From Bacilli bacterium (lineage in GTDB: Bacteria; Bacillota_I; Bacilli_A; RF39; UBA660): DNA of 50,475 bases. The position numbers were made by a program, and so were the translations under genes. Below, one piece after another: positions 17,092-26,479 of this stretch (position 1 is its first letter; the number at the start of each line of letters is the position of its first letter). Under the pieces are notes generated by a model. The model did no database searches, was not told where the DNA came from, and saw only the letters and a list, made by a program, of their open reading frames with translations. The stretch spans positions 1 to 50,475 of the forward strand of contig JAEDMO010000002.1 in NCBI GenBank assembly GCA_016302935.1, given 5' to 3'.

Positions 17092-19140
17092 TTATGACAT
17101 CTTTTCTTTATTGCTTCTCATTTCTAAAGTGGCTTCATTGATTGCATCATCGATAGTTTTAATATCATCTGTAATCATACTATAACCAATAGCAGCACCA
17201 AAATTATGAGGTAGTTCTTTTAAGTCTTTATACATTTTACGACAGTAAGCTACTACTTGTTTTTCATCGTAACCGACTAAGTAGATTAAAAATTCGTTTC
17301 CAGCTGTTCTTATGATATCACTGTTTTCTAATTGATTAACGATCATAATGGAAGCGGCTTTTTTTATGACATTATCCCCTTCTTCTAGACCATAATTATC
17401 ATTGATGTATTTAATGTTATTTAAGTCAATGATGACAATGGCTTGAGGATAAATAACATTTTCATCCCATTTTTTCATGTTGTAATTTAAATAATTACGA
17501 TTTTTTAATGATGTTAACATATCAATAAATTTTAGTTTTTCTTCTTTTTTTATTTTTTTACTTTTTTTCCTTCTTTTTAAATATGTAATTAGTATCATAA
17601 CAACCGCACAGATAATTGCTAAGACTATGAATAGATATTTAATAAATGTTTTGAATGTCGCTTCGTCGTTTAGGTCAAAATTCATATTATACTTATACAT
17701 TATGTTATTATAGTTAATGGTTTCTACATAATAGGTAAATAGTTTGGCAAAGGTACTATTGGCACTGATGTTTCTTATAACGAATTGATAATCACTATCT
17801 AATCTATTGGTATATAAAAGATTATAATTGCCTAGTTTTTTATTGTAATAATAATTATATGTACCATAATCTACTACTATTATTGAATCATTATCTATAT
17901 TGGTAAGAAGGTCGTTAATATTATTATATCCAATTGTTTTAACATTATTAGCAGTTAAATATTTATATATTTTGCTATCTTTGATGGTTACTACTTGTTC
18001 TTTTATTAAAGATTTAACTGAAGATACGGTTATGTCTTTATTGGATAATACAACATATTCTTCATTAAATAACCCTATAGATAGAATAGAATCTATTCTT
18101 AAATCATCGGTATTGAAATTGGCAAAGGCAACATCTACTCTACCTGATGATAGATCTTCTTTTAAAGTTTGGATATTTTCGTATTCAACAAATCTAAAAT
18201 CGATGTCTGCTAGTTTGGCAAATTCTTTTATGTAATTAGAAAGGGTTCCAACGTAATTGCCATTATTTACTGATTCATAAGGCATATTTCTAATAAATCC
18301 ATAGACATACTTATTGCTATTGTAGCTAGCTTTTAATGCTTCTGCAATATTTTTAGAAGTAAAGAATAGATTAATGAAATTATCGCTGTATACTTCTTGT
18401 AATGATTCTTTTTTAAATTTGTTATAATATTTTCGCATTATATTTAATAAATGTTCATTATTGTTTATTTGTAAGACATATTTATATTTCATTTCTTCAA
18501 TATGGAATACAATATGCGCTTTTTCACTTTTTAGAATATGTTCTAAATACATATTATACGGAATAGCTATATATTCGATAGATGAAGAATTGAAGGCACT
18601 CATTAGATTATCTATCGATGTATAAGGCATATAGGATACATCTTTGGCATTGCTTAGATATAGGCTTACATTAGCAAGGTAATCTTGAATTATACCGATT
18701 GTTACACCGGATAGATCTTCTATTATATCTATTTTTTTATTATTGCTAGAAACAACTACAAATGAATCTTCATACATCAATATGTCGTTTTGGCCTACTT
18801 CTTCATCTACTCCTAGTATTTTAAATGATATATTTTTTAAAGAGGCTTCTTTATTAGCAGCTAAATAAGGTATCATATTAAATTTAATTTCGTGATCTTT
18901 GGAGAATGAATTTAACATTGAAAATGTTACTCCCGAACCATTTTTACCATAAATAGGGACATCGTTATAGACAGATATATCTACTACTTTATCTTTATTA
19001 TCGTTAATCCATTTTTTTTCTAGAATCGAAAATGATGAATCATCTCTACTATAGTTTAGAATAAAGATTAAAAGGGAAATAAAGAGAATAATTCCTATTA
19101 ATGATAATATTATTATACGATTAGTTTTTTTATTTTTCAT
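17092..19140 (-). CDS. Membrane receptor: TM, two tandem SBP_bac_3-like extracytoplasmic domains, TM, and a degenerate GGDEF domain (AGNEF)
   Basis: The C-terminus reads DMLTSLKNRNYL...IIDLNNIKYINDNYGLEEGDNVIKK...RTAGNEFLIYL...AAIGYS, which is a GGDEF fold. SD AGGTGG precedes the ATG at 19140; the track start at 19149 is GTG. Confidence 0.8.
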   Translation of the reverse strand: MKNKKTNRIIILSLIGIILFISLLIFILNYSRDDSSFSILEKKWINDNKDKVVDISVYNDVPIYGKNGSGVTFSMLNSFSKDHEIKFNMIPYLAANKEASLKNISFKILGVDEEVGQNDILMYEDSFVVVSSNNKKIDIIEDLSGVTIGIIQDYLANVSLYLSNAKDVSYMPYTSIDNLMSAFNSSSIEYIAIPYNMYLEHILKSEKAHIVFHIEEMKYKYVLQINNNEHLLNIMRKYYNKFKKESLQEVYSDNFINLFFTSKNIAEALKASYNSNKYVYGFIRNMPYESVNNGNYVGTLSNYIKEFAKLADIDFRFVEYENIQTLKEDLSSGRVDVAFANFNTDDLRIDSILSIGLFNEEYVVLSNKDITVSSVKSLIKEQVVTIKDSKIYKYLTANNVKTIGYNNINDLLTNIDNDSIIVVDYGTYNYYYNKKLGNYNLLYTNRLDSDYQFVIRNISANSTFAKLFTYYVETINYNNIMYKYNMNFDLNDEATFKTFIKYLFIVLAIICAVVMILITYLKRRKKSKKIKKEEKLKFIDMLTSLKNRNYLNYNMKKWDENVIYPQAIVIIDLNNIKYINDNYGLEEGDNVIKKAASIMIVNQLENSDIIRTAGNEFLIYLVGYDEKQVVAYCRKMYKDLKELPHNFGAAIGYSMITDDIKTIDDAINEATLEMRSNKEKMS

Positions 19141-19149
19141 AAATACCAC

Positions 19150-19608
19150 CTAACTGTTAATCCAAACAATAGTAGTAGCAGTTACATTTTTGCTACCCAT
19201 CGTTGGAAATACTTCACTTTCTTCATCTTCTTTTTGGGTTAGAAGATATTGAATATCATAAAACTTTTTAATATCATCGGTAAAGTTTTGGAGTGATTTT
19301 GTGGCAATTTCTTTGGCATTATCCAATGAAACTTCTTTGGTATAATCGATATTTACATAAATAATTTTACCTTGAATTCTAATACTTGCGGTATTAACTT
19401 TTTCATTTTTTTCTAATTCTTCTATTACTTTTGTTTTGATTTCATCGGATACTTTGTAATTTTCAATACCATCTAATCTATTGCCATAGACGTCTCCTCC
19501 GTTTGAAAAAAACATGTCTTTGGCAATAATGCCTACTACTACTAAGAAGATTAAAATAAATAATCCAATTAATAAGTAATATTTATATTTTAAAATAAAC
19601 TTTTTCAT
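19150..19608 (-). CDS. Hypothetical N-terminally anchored membrane protein, first gene of the GGDEF operon
   Basis: 152 aa with TM segment YLLIGLFILIFLVVVGII. Its stop codon TAG overlaps the SD of the next gene. Confidence 0.6.
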   Translation of the reverse strand: MKKFILKYKYYLLIGLFILIFLVVVGIIAKDMFFSNGGDVYGNRLDGIENYKVSDEIKTKVIEELEKNEKVNTASIRIQGKIIYVNIDYTKEVSLDNAKEIATKSLQNFTDDIKKFYDIQYLLTQKEDEESEVFPTMGSKNVTATTIVWINS

Positions 19609-19629
19609 ATATACCTCACATTCATTATA

Positions 19630-19658
19630 ATTATACTATATATTTTTTTTTTTATCAA
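19630..19658 (-). promoter_or_regulatory. Sigma-A promoter for the 152-aa / GGDEF / yihY operon
   Basis: On the minus strand: TTGATA (19653-19658), a 17-nt spacer, then TATAAT (19630-19635). About 20 nt upstream of the ATG at 19608. Confidence 0.65.
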
Positions 19659-19714
19659 TGAGGTAATAATAATTTGTGATTAAACTGGTTTATGAAGATA
19701 TTTTTTGTTAAATT

Positions 19715-19738
19715 AAAAAAGCCTATTTAGGCTTTTTT
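19715..19738 (-). terminator. Rho-independent terminator after the 48-aa ORF
   Basis: AAAAAAGCCT-ATTT-AGGCTTTTTT. On the minus strand the stem begins right after the sORF TAA and ends in a U6 run. Confidence 0.75.
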
Positions 19739-19883
19739 ACATCATATTTTCTAATTCATCAACCATTTTTAATTCATGGTTTTTGCAATGTTCAATTAAT
19801 TTTTTTATATTACCGTTTTTGATTTGGCTATAAAGTACTGCACCTGTTACCATTGCAAATGCTAGACATAAACATTTTTTCAT
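19737..19883 (-). CDS. Unlisted small ORF (48 aa), predicted small membrane or amphipathic protein
   Basis: SD AAGGAGTG lies 6 nt before the ATG at 19881-19883. Product MKKCLCLAFAMVTGAVLYSQIKNGNIKKLIEHCKNHELKMVDELENMM. It has its own terminator. Below the ORF-track size cut-off. Confidence 0.45.
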   Translation of the reverse strand: MKKCLCLAFAMVTGAVLYSQIKNGNIKKLIEHCKNHELKMVDELENMM

Positions 19884-19905
19884 CTTAATCACTCCTTAGA
19901 AAAAT

Positions 19906-19927
19906 AGATGGGTACTGATGTACCATT
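19906..19927 (-). terminator. Terminator-like hairpin after recD2
   Basis: The minus-strand RNA reads AUGGUAC-AUCA-GUACCCAU followed by CUAUUUUUC. It lies 20 nt downstream of the recD2 stop. Confidence 0.55.
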
Positions 19928-19945
19928 AATATTTTTATCATTATT

Positions 19946-22150
19946 TTAATTATTATACTTATTTATTAATAATTCTTTTAGAGTTGTTCTTCTTTCGTTC
20001 ATAGTATCATTGTTTACACTATAAATAAAACTGTTTTTATCCCCTACTAATATTAAGGTTTTTTTGGCTCTTGTTATTCCAGTATAGATTAATTTGTTAT
20101 ATAGCATTCTTTTAAACGAACTTACTATTGGTATTATTACCATATCAAATTCACTTCCTTGTGATTTATGGATACTTACGGCATAACCATGGGTAATATT
20201 TATATATTTAGCTGGGGTATAAATAACAATGTTGCCATAAAAATTAATGTGTAATTCATTTCTTTTGGACTTTGATTTTTTAGATGGGACAATATCTACG
20301 ATGTAGCCAATATCACCATTGTAAACATTTTCATCTGGATCGTTTACTAGTTGGAGAACTTTATCGCCTACTCTGTATGTAGTATCCGATATTACTATTT
20401 CTTTTTTGTCATAACTAGGTGGATTAAATTTTTCTTTTAGGGTTTTATTTAAAATGTCAATACCATTTTCTCCTTTATACATAGGTGCTAGAACTTGTAT
20501 TTTAGTATCGTCATAGCCTTTACTTAAGGCTTTGTCAATAATGTTTATGATTATATCTTTGACTTTAGAAGAATCTGCTTCTATGAAGTTATAGTCATCT
20601 TTTTTTTCGGTAAAGTTTTTAGATAGATCTTTTATTTTTACTTCTTTAGCTAATTGATTGATATATGAATTTTCATTTTGACGATATAGTGATTTTAGGA
20701 ATATAACGTTGATAATTCCACTATCTATTATATCTTTTAATACTTGTCCTTCTCTTACACTTGGTAATTGATTATAGTCACCTACTAATATTAGTTTAAC
20801 GTCTTGTCTTAATCCTTTTAGGAGACTTTCTGCTATGATGGTATCTACCATACTGGCTTCATCTACAATAATATATTTTTCTTTAGCTGGGTTTAATTCG
20901 TTAACGCTGAAGCTGTTATTATCCATATCCCATTTTAGAAATCTATGAATTGTGTATGCTGGCATTAAAACTGATTCTGACATTCTTTTAGCTGCTCTTC
21001 CGGTTGGTGATAGCAATGCTATCTCATCATCTTCTACTTTTAAGATATCTTTTAAGATATTAACAATACATTTTATAATAGTTGTTTTGCCGGTTCCTGG
21101 TCCTCCGGTAATAACTGTCAAGTTATTGGTTACTGCTTTTATTATGGCTTCTTTTTGGGTTTCATCATAGGTAATATTGTTTTCTTTTTCTAAGGTGCTT
21201 ATATAGTTTACTATATTTTTTTTAGTTTTTGATGATATTTTATTTAGTTCACATAATCTTTTAGCAATATAATTTTCGGCATTGTAAAACATCGATAAAT
21301 AGTATTTATTATCTTTTATTTTTATTTTGCCCTTTTTATTTAATTTTATAAGAAGATATTCTAGTTCATCTAATTCTAAGGTATCTATATATTTGGTTAT
21401 TTCTTTTTGGATTTCTTCTAACAAAACATAGGTAGAACCAAGATTAAAACAAATATTGGTAATAATATAGATTATTAGAGCTGATAATCTTCTATCATCA
21501 TCTTTGGGTATTTGTAGGTTGCTAGCAATATTATCAATATCTTTGAAGGGAATTTCTAGGCTTTCTATTAAGTCATATACATTTTCATTTATTACATCTA
21601 GGGTTTTATTTTTATATTTGGCATATACTGATAAGGCTTGTTTTAAGGTGAATCCATATTCAGTTAATGTTAATATAATGGTATTACTGTATTGGTATTC
21701 TTTTAGGGTTTGATATATTATATCTATTTTGTCTTCTTTTAATCTTGGAATATTATTTAATACGTTTTTATCATTAATTATTTCTTCTATGGCGTTGTTG
21801 CCTAATTTTTTATATATATTTTCGGCTGTTTTTTCACCGATTGGGAAAAGGTCACTAGCTAAAAAAGAGATAATTTCTTCTTTTTTTTCAGGTTTAATTA
21901 TCTCATATTCACTTACTTGAAATTGATAACCATATTTGGGATGAACTATTGTTTGACCATAAAATAAGTAATTGGCTTTTTCTTTTATTTCATGGAAGGT
22001 TCCAACGAAACTAATTGTTTTTTTTACGCAGTTTAATAGTTCTTCATCAGTAGAATTTGTTTCCTTTATTTTGAATATACCTACGGTGTAACCATTTTGT
22101 TCGTTATTATAAATTATTGTGCTGATATTTCCTTTTATGTATGTTTTCAT
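19946..22150 (-). CDS. recD2: RecD2-type SF1B ATP-dependent DNA helicase
   Basis: Walker A VITGGPGTGKTT; also LVGDYNQLPSV, SIHKSQGSEF and YTGITRAKK. The ATG at 22150 follows SD GAGGAA, which sits in the last codons of ligA. Confidence 0.9.
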   Translation of the reverse strand: MKTYIKGNISTIIYNNEQNGYTVGIFKIKETNSTDEELLNCVKKTISFVGTFHEIKEKANYLFYGQTIVHPKYGYQFQVSEYEIIKPEKKEEIISFLASDLFPIGEKTAENIYKKLGNNAIEEIINDKNVLNNIPRLKEDKIDIIYQTLKEYQYSNTIILTLTEYGFTLKQALSVYAKYKNKTLDVINENVYDLIESLEIPFKDIDNIASNLQIPKDDDRRLSALIIYIITNICFNLGSTYVLLEEIQKEITKYIDTLELDELEYLLIKLNKKGKIKIKDNKYYLSMFYNAENYIAKRLCELNKISSKTKKNIVNYISTLEKENNITYDETQKEAIIKAVTNNLTVITGGPGTGKTTIIKCIVNILKDILKVEDDEIALLSPTGRAAKRMSESVLMPAYTIHRFLKWDMDNNSFSVNELNPAKEKYIIVDEASMVDTIIAESLLKGLRQDVKLILVGDYNQLPSVREGQVLKDIIDSGIINVIFLKSLYRQNENSYINQLAKEVKIKDLSKNFTEKKDDYNFIEADSSKVKDIIINIIDKALSKGYDDTKIQVLAPMYKGENGIDILNKTLKEKFNPPSYDKKEIVISDTTYRVGDKVLQLVNDPDENVYNGDIGYIVDIVPSKKSKSKRNELHINFYGNIVIYTPAKYINITHGYAVSIHKSQGSEFDMVIIPIVSSFKRMLYNKLIYTGITRAKKTLILVGDKNSFIYSVNNDTMNERRTTLKELLINKYNN

Positions 22151-22151
22151 G

Positions 22152-24152
22152 TTATTCCTCATTACTACTACCAATATGGCTTAAAAATTCTTCTTCTGTC
22201 CAAGTTTGAATATTTAACTCTTGGGCTTTTGCTAATTTGCTACCGGCATTTTCACCTACTATTACAATATCTGTATTTTTACTTACAGAATTAGAGGTTT
22301 TGCCTCCTTTTTTTTCAATTATTTGGGTAGCTTTATCTCTTGTTATACTATTTAGTGAACCGGTTAGAACGAATGTTTTGTTTAAAAAGTTGTTATCGAT
22401 TTCTAATTCTCCTAGATATTCCATGTTGATGCCGAAAGATTTAAGTTTATTTATTAGGGCTATATTTTCTTCGTTTTGAAAATAATTATAGACACTTTTA
22501 CTGATAGTTTTGCCAATGTCGTCAATTTTTTCTAATTCTTCATAATGAGCATTCATAAGATTATCAATATTGTGATAAAACTTGGCAAGGATATGTGCTG
22601 TTTTGCTTCCAACGTATCTAATTCCAAGTGCAAATAATAATTTTTCTAGAGATTTTTGTTTGCTATTTTCAACTTCATTTAGAAGATTGCTGATGCTTTT
22701 TTCACCAAATCCTTCTAATACTTTTAATTCATCTTTGTAGTTTTTTAGTGAGTAATAGTCAGATATGTTTTTTAAATATCCCATATTGTAGAAATCTTCT
22801 ACTATCCTATCACCAAATCCTGTTAAGTTCATAGCATCTCTAGAAGCATAGTGAATTAAGCCTTCTATTTTTCTAGCATCACAAGATGCATTGATGCAGT
22901 AATAAGCACTTTCCTCTTCTTTTTTTGCTAGTTTACTTCCACATATAGGACAGTTTTTGGTCATATGAAAATCTTGTTCTGTTCCTACTCTTCTTTCTTT
23001 TATGACTCTAACTACTTCTGGGATTACATCTCCTGCTTTTTTGATTACGACGGTATCGCCTATTTTTATTTCTTTTTCTTTTACGTATTCTTCATTGTGA
23101 AGGGTTGTTTTAGAAATTAAAGAGCCCATTACAAAGACTGGTTCTAATATGGCATTAGGTGTCACTTGACCAGTTCTACCAACGGTAAAAATTATATCTT
23201 TTAGTTTGGTTATTGCTTCTTGTTCTTTAAATTTATAGGCAGTAGCCCATTTAGGATATTTAGAAGTATAACCTACTTTTTGTTGATCTTTAATATTATT
23301 TAATTTGATGACTACTCCGTCAATATCATAAGGAAGAGTGATCCTGTTATTTTCTTTTTCATTTATATAATTTATTACTTCTTTTATATCGTTTGCTAGA
23401 AAGTTATTATCGATATTGGTTTTGAAACCCAAGTTTTTCATAAATTCTAAGGCTTCTATATGGGTTTTTATGTTGTAATCTTCTGGATTAGGTAAATGGT
23501 AGATGAATACGTCTAAATTTCTTTGGGCTGCTATTTTGCTATCTAATTGTCTGATTGAACCTGCTGCTGCATTTCTAGCATTTTTAAAAAGAGGTTCGTT
23601 TATTTCTTTACGGGTTTTATTTAAATCTTCTAAAGCTTTTTTGCTCATATAGATTTCGCCTCTTACTTCAATATCAATTTCTTTTTTTAGTTTTAGAGGA
23701 ACTGATTTGATAGTTTTTACGTTATGGGTTATCTCTTCACCAATTTTTCCGTCTCCTCTGGTAGCAGCGGTTATTAATAGGCCTTTTTGGTACTTTAAGC
23801 TTACACTTAAGCCATCTATTTTTAGTTCACATACATATTTGGGGTTGTTTACTTCTTTCCTTATTTTAGTGTCAAAATTTAATATTTCTTCTTCGTTAAA
23901 GACATTGGAAAGACTCATCATAGGAATGTTATGTTTTACTTTATTAAATTTATCTACTACTTCACCCCCTATTTTTTTAGTTGGTGAATCTTTTCTGGCA
24001 AGGGTTGGGTATTTATTTTCTAAATCAATTAATTCTCTTAGATATTTATCATATTCCATATCTTCTATGGTTGGATTAGCTAGGACGTAGTATTCATAAT
24101 TAGCCTTATTTAAAATATCTATTAGCTCTTCCATTCTTTTTTGTGCATTCAT
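22152..24152 (-). CDS. ligA: NAD-dependent DNA ligase
   Basis: 666 aa. Adenylation motif CELKIDGLS, Zn finger CPICGS...C.NASC, HhH and C-terminal BRCT (FVLTGSL). Confidence 0.97.
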   Translation of the reverse strand: MNAQKRMEELIDILNKANYEYYVLANPTIEDMEYDKYLRELIDLENKYPTLARKDSPTKKIGGEVVDKFNKVKHNIPMMSLSNVFNEEEILNFDTKIRKEVNNPKYVCELKIDGLSVSLKYQKGLLITAATRGDGKIGEEITHNVKTIKSVPLKLKKEIDIEVRGEIYMSKKALEDLNKTRKEINEPLFKNARNAAAGSIRQLDSKIAAQRNLDVFIYHLPNPEDYNIKTHIEALEFMKNLGFKTNIDNNFLANDIKEVINYINEKENNRITLPYDIDGVVIKLNNIKDQQKVGYTSKYPKWATAYKFKEQEAITKLKDIIFTVGRTGQVTPNAILEPVFVMGSLISKTTLHNEEYVKEKEIKIGDTVVIKKAGDVIPEVVRVIKERRVGTEQDFHMTKNCPICGSKLAKKEEESAYYCINASCDARKIEGLIHYASRDAMNLTGFGDRIVEDFYNMGYLKNISDYYSLKNYKDELKVLEGFGEKSISNLLNEVENSKQKSLEKLLFALGIRYVGSKTAHILAKFYHNIDNLMNAHYEELEKIDDIGKTISKSVYNYFQNEENIALINKLKSFGINMEYLGELEIDNNFLNKTFVLTGSLNSITRDKATQIIEKKGGKTSNSVSKNTDIVIVGENAGSKLAKAQELNIQTWTEEEFLSHIGSSNEE

Positions 24153-24157
24153 TTACA

Positions 24158-26443
24158 TCACCTCTTTTGAAATATTTTTTCATATAATTTTTCTAAGTAT
24201 TTGATTATTATTATATCAAATATTAAAATTGCTATTGTAATTATTAGTAAGTTTAAATTAAATTTGTTTAAGATAAATATTTTTCTTAGGAATATTAAGG
24301 ATGATAGAAATAAGACGATGGTTATTGATAGGATTATTTTTTTGATGTTGGTTATTGGTTTGCTTATTTTATATAGTATTAAAATGTTTATAAGACCCGT
24401 TAGAGTTACTGTTACTATTTTGTATGTATCTATACTGGTTTTTAAAATATTGCTTAATATAAGAATAATTATGATGTTTATGGTAATGGCAATTCCAGAG
24501 CAGGAAGAGGTTTTAAAAACATTTTTGATAAAGTTTTTACTTACTTTTCTATTATCATTTAGCATTGTTAAGAAAAATGATGGTAGTCCAACACAGGCGG
24601 TTCCAATTAGGGTTAGTTGGATTGGATAGAATGGATATTCCATAGTTAAAACGATAGATAGAATTGATAGTAAAAATGAGTATATTGTTTTAACTAAGTA
24701 GAGACTTGCTACTCTTTCTATATTGTTAATTACTCTTCTTCCTTCGTTTACTATATCCGGTAGAACGTTAAAATCATTTTCTAATATAACGATTTGTGAT
24801 ACACTCTTAGCTGCTCCGTTATTTGAGGTTAAAGCGATGGAACAATCTGCTTCTTTTAAGGCTAGAATATCGTTTACTCCATCTCCTACCATTCCTACTG
24901 TATATTTTTGTTTTAAGGTTTTAATAATTAGTCTTTTTTGATATGGATTGCATCTTCCATATATTTGATAATCAGAAACTTTGGCAATTAATTCTTCATC
25001 ATTTAAATTACTACAATCTAGGCATTTTTTATAATCTTTGTAACCTACTTTTTTCATAATGTTAGAAATAGTACTTACATTATCTCCAGAGATAATTTTG
25101 ATATTTACTTGTTGTTCGGTAAAATATTTTAATGTTTTTTCGATATTTTTTCTAATATTATCTTTTAGAATAATATAGGCGATTATTTTGCTATGTGATG
25201 GTATTTTTTGATCTTCTGGAATTTCTTTTGAGTGAATTAAGGTTAGAACACGATAGCCTTCTTTGGCATAATTTAATGCTTCTTCATCCATCTTAGTGTT
25301 TGGTAGCATATATTCTAATGCTCCAAGGGCGAATGTGTTTAAGTTTTCGTAACAGACCATACTGTATTTACGATATGAAGAAAATGGTATCATTTTTACA
25401 ATATTTAATTTATCTTTGGTTTTAAAATATTTATCCAAGGCAATGTCCGTTTGATTAACTAGGTTATCATTAAGCATATTTTTGATGATGCTATTTATAT
25501 CAAAGGTGCTTTTATTTATTACCTTTATTACTTCTAAGGTCCCATCTGTGATAGTTCCTGTTTTGTCTAGGCATAAAACATCGACACAAGATAGGGTTTC
25601 AATACCGTTTAGTTGTTGAACGATAACTTTTTTTAGGCCCATTTTTACAACACCTGTAGATAGTGCAACACTAGTTAGAAGAATTAATCCAGATGGTATC
25701 ATACCAATTACTCCAGCTGTGGTATATAGAATTGCTTCATTATAACTTACGTTATTTACAAAATATTGGATGAGAAAAAGGATTATCATAATAGGGATAA
25801 TTAAGATAGTAACTATTTTTAAAACTTTGTTTAATTCTTTTTCTAGATATGTTTTATCTTCTTTTTGGTAAGATGCTTCTTTAATTAACCGACTGGAGTA
25901 ATTATTTAAACCTACATTTATAACTTTAGCTTTTAGGCTACCTGAGATTATGATGCTACCTGAGAATATGGTATCATTTTTCTTTTTGATTACATTTTTG
26001 GTCTCGCCTGTGATTATGCTTTCATCCACTTCACAAAGGTTACTGTTTAAGACTAAAACATCCGTAGGTACAACATCACCATTTTTTAAGACAATTATAT
26101 CATCAATGACAATATCGTAAGGACTAATTTTAATGGTTTTTCCATCTCTTATAACCGATACTTTAGTATTATTTACAATACTAAGTTTATCAATAATTAG
26201 TTTGGCTTTTATTTCGCCATATATTGAAATAATGGTATTTATAACAATAACGATTGCAAATAAGCCGTTGCGATAACTTTTGGTAGTTAAAACTAGGATG
26301 AATAGAAAAAGATTAATAAAGTTAAAAAGAGTAAATATATTGCTTAAGATAATATCTTTTATACTTCTAGAATATTTAACTCTTTTATTTACTAATCCAT
26401 TTTTAATTCTAAATTCTACTTCTTTAGTTGTTAAACCATTCAT
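24158..26443 (-). CDS. P-type ATPase with P2-like topology and non-canonical transport-site residues; substrate unknown
   Basis: 761 aa. Contains TGET, DKTGTIT, ISGDN and GDGVNDILALKEAD. M4 reads IPSGLI instead of IPEGLP, and M6 reads LIGTACVGLPS instead of VNLVTDGLPA. Confidence 0.85.
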   Translation of the reverse strand: MNGLTTKEVEFRIKNGLVNKRVKYSRSIKDIILSNIFTLFNFINLFLFILVLTTKSYRNGLFAIVIVINTIISIYGEIKAKLIIDKLSIVNNTKVSVIRDGKTIKISPYDIVIDDIIVLKNGDVVPTDVLVLNSNLCEVDESIITGETKNVIKKKNDTIFSGSIIISGSLKAKVINVGLNNYSSRLIKEASYQKEDKTYLEKELNKVLKIVTILIIPIMIILFLIQYFVNNVSYNEAILYTTAGVIGMIPSGLILLTSVALSTGVVKMGLKKVIVQQLNGIETLSCVDVLCLDKTGTITDGTLEVIKVINKSTFDINSIIKNMLNDNLVNQTDIALDKYFKTKDKLNIVKMIPFSSYRKYSMVCYENLNTFALGALEYMLPNTKMDEEALNYAKEGYRVLTLIHSKEIPEDQKIPSHSKIIAYIILKDNIRKNIEKTLKYFTEQQVNIKIISGDNVSTISNIMKKVGYKDYKKCLDCSNLNDEELIAKVSDYQIYGRCNPYQKRLIIKTLKQKYTVGMVGDGVNDILALKEADCSIALTSNNGAAKSVSQIVILENDFNVLPDIVNEGRRVINNIERVASLYLVKTIYSFLLSILSIVLTMEYPFYPIQLTLIGTACVGLPSFFLTMLNDNRKVSKNFIKNVFKTSSCSGIAITINIIIILILSNILKTSIDTYKIVTVTLTGLINILILYKISKPITNIKKIILSITIVLFLSSLIFLRKIFILNKFNLNLLIITIAILIFDIIIIKYLEKLYEKIFQKR

Positions 26444-26479
26444 AATCTCACTTCCGTTTTTTAATATATGATAGTTTTA

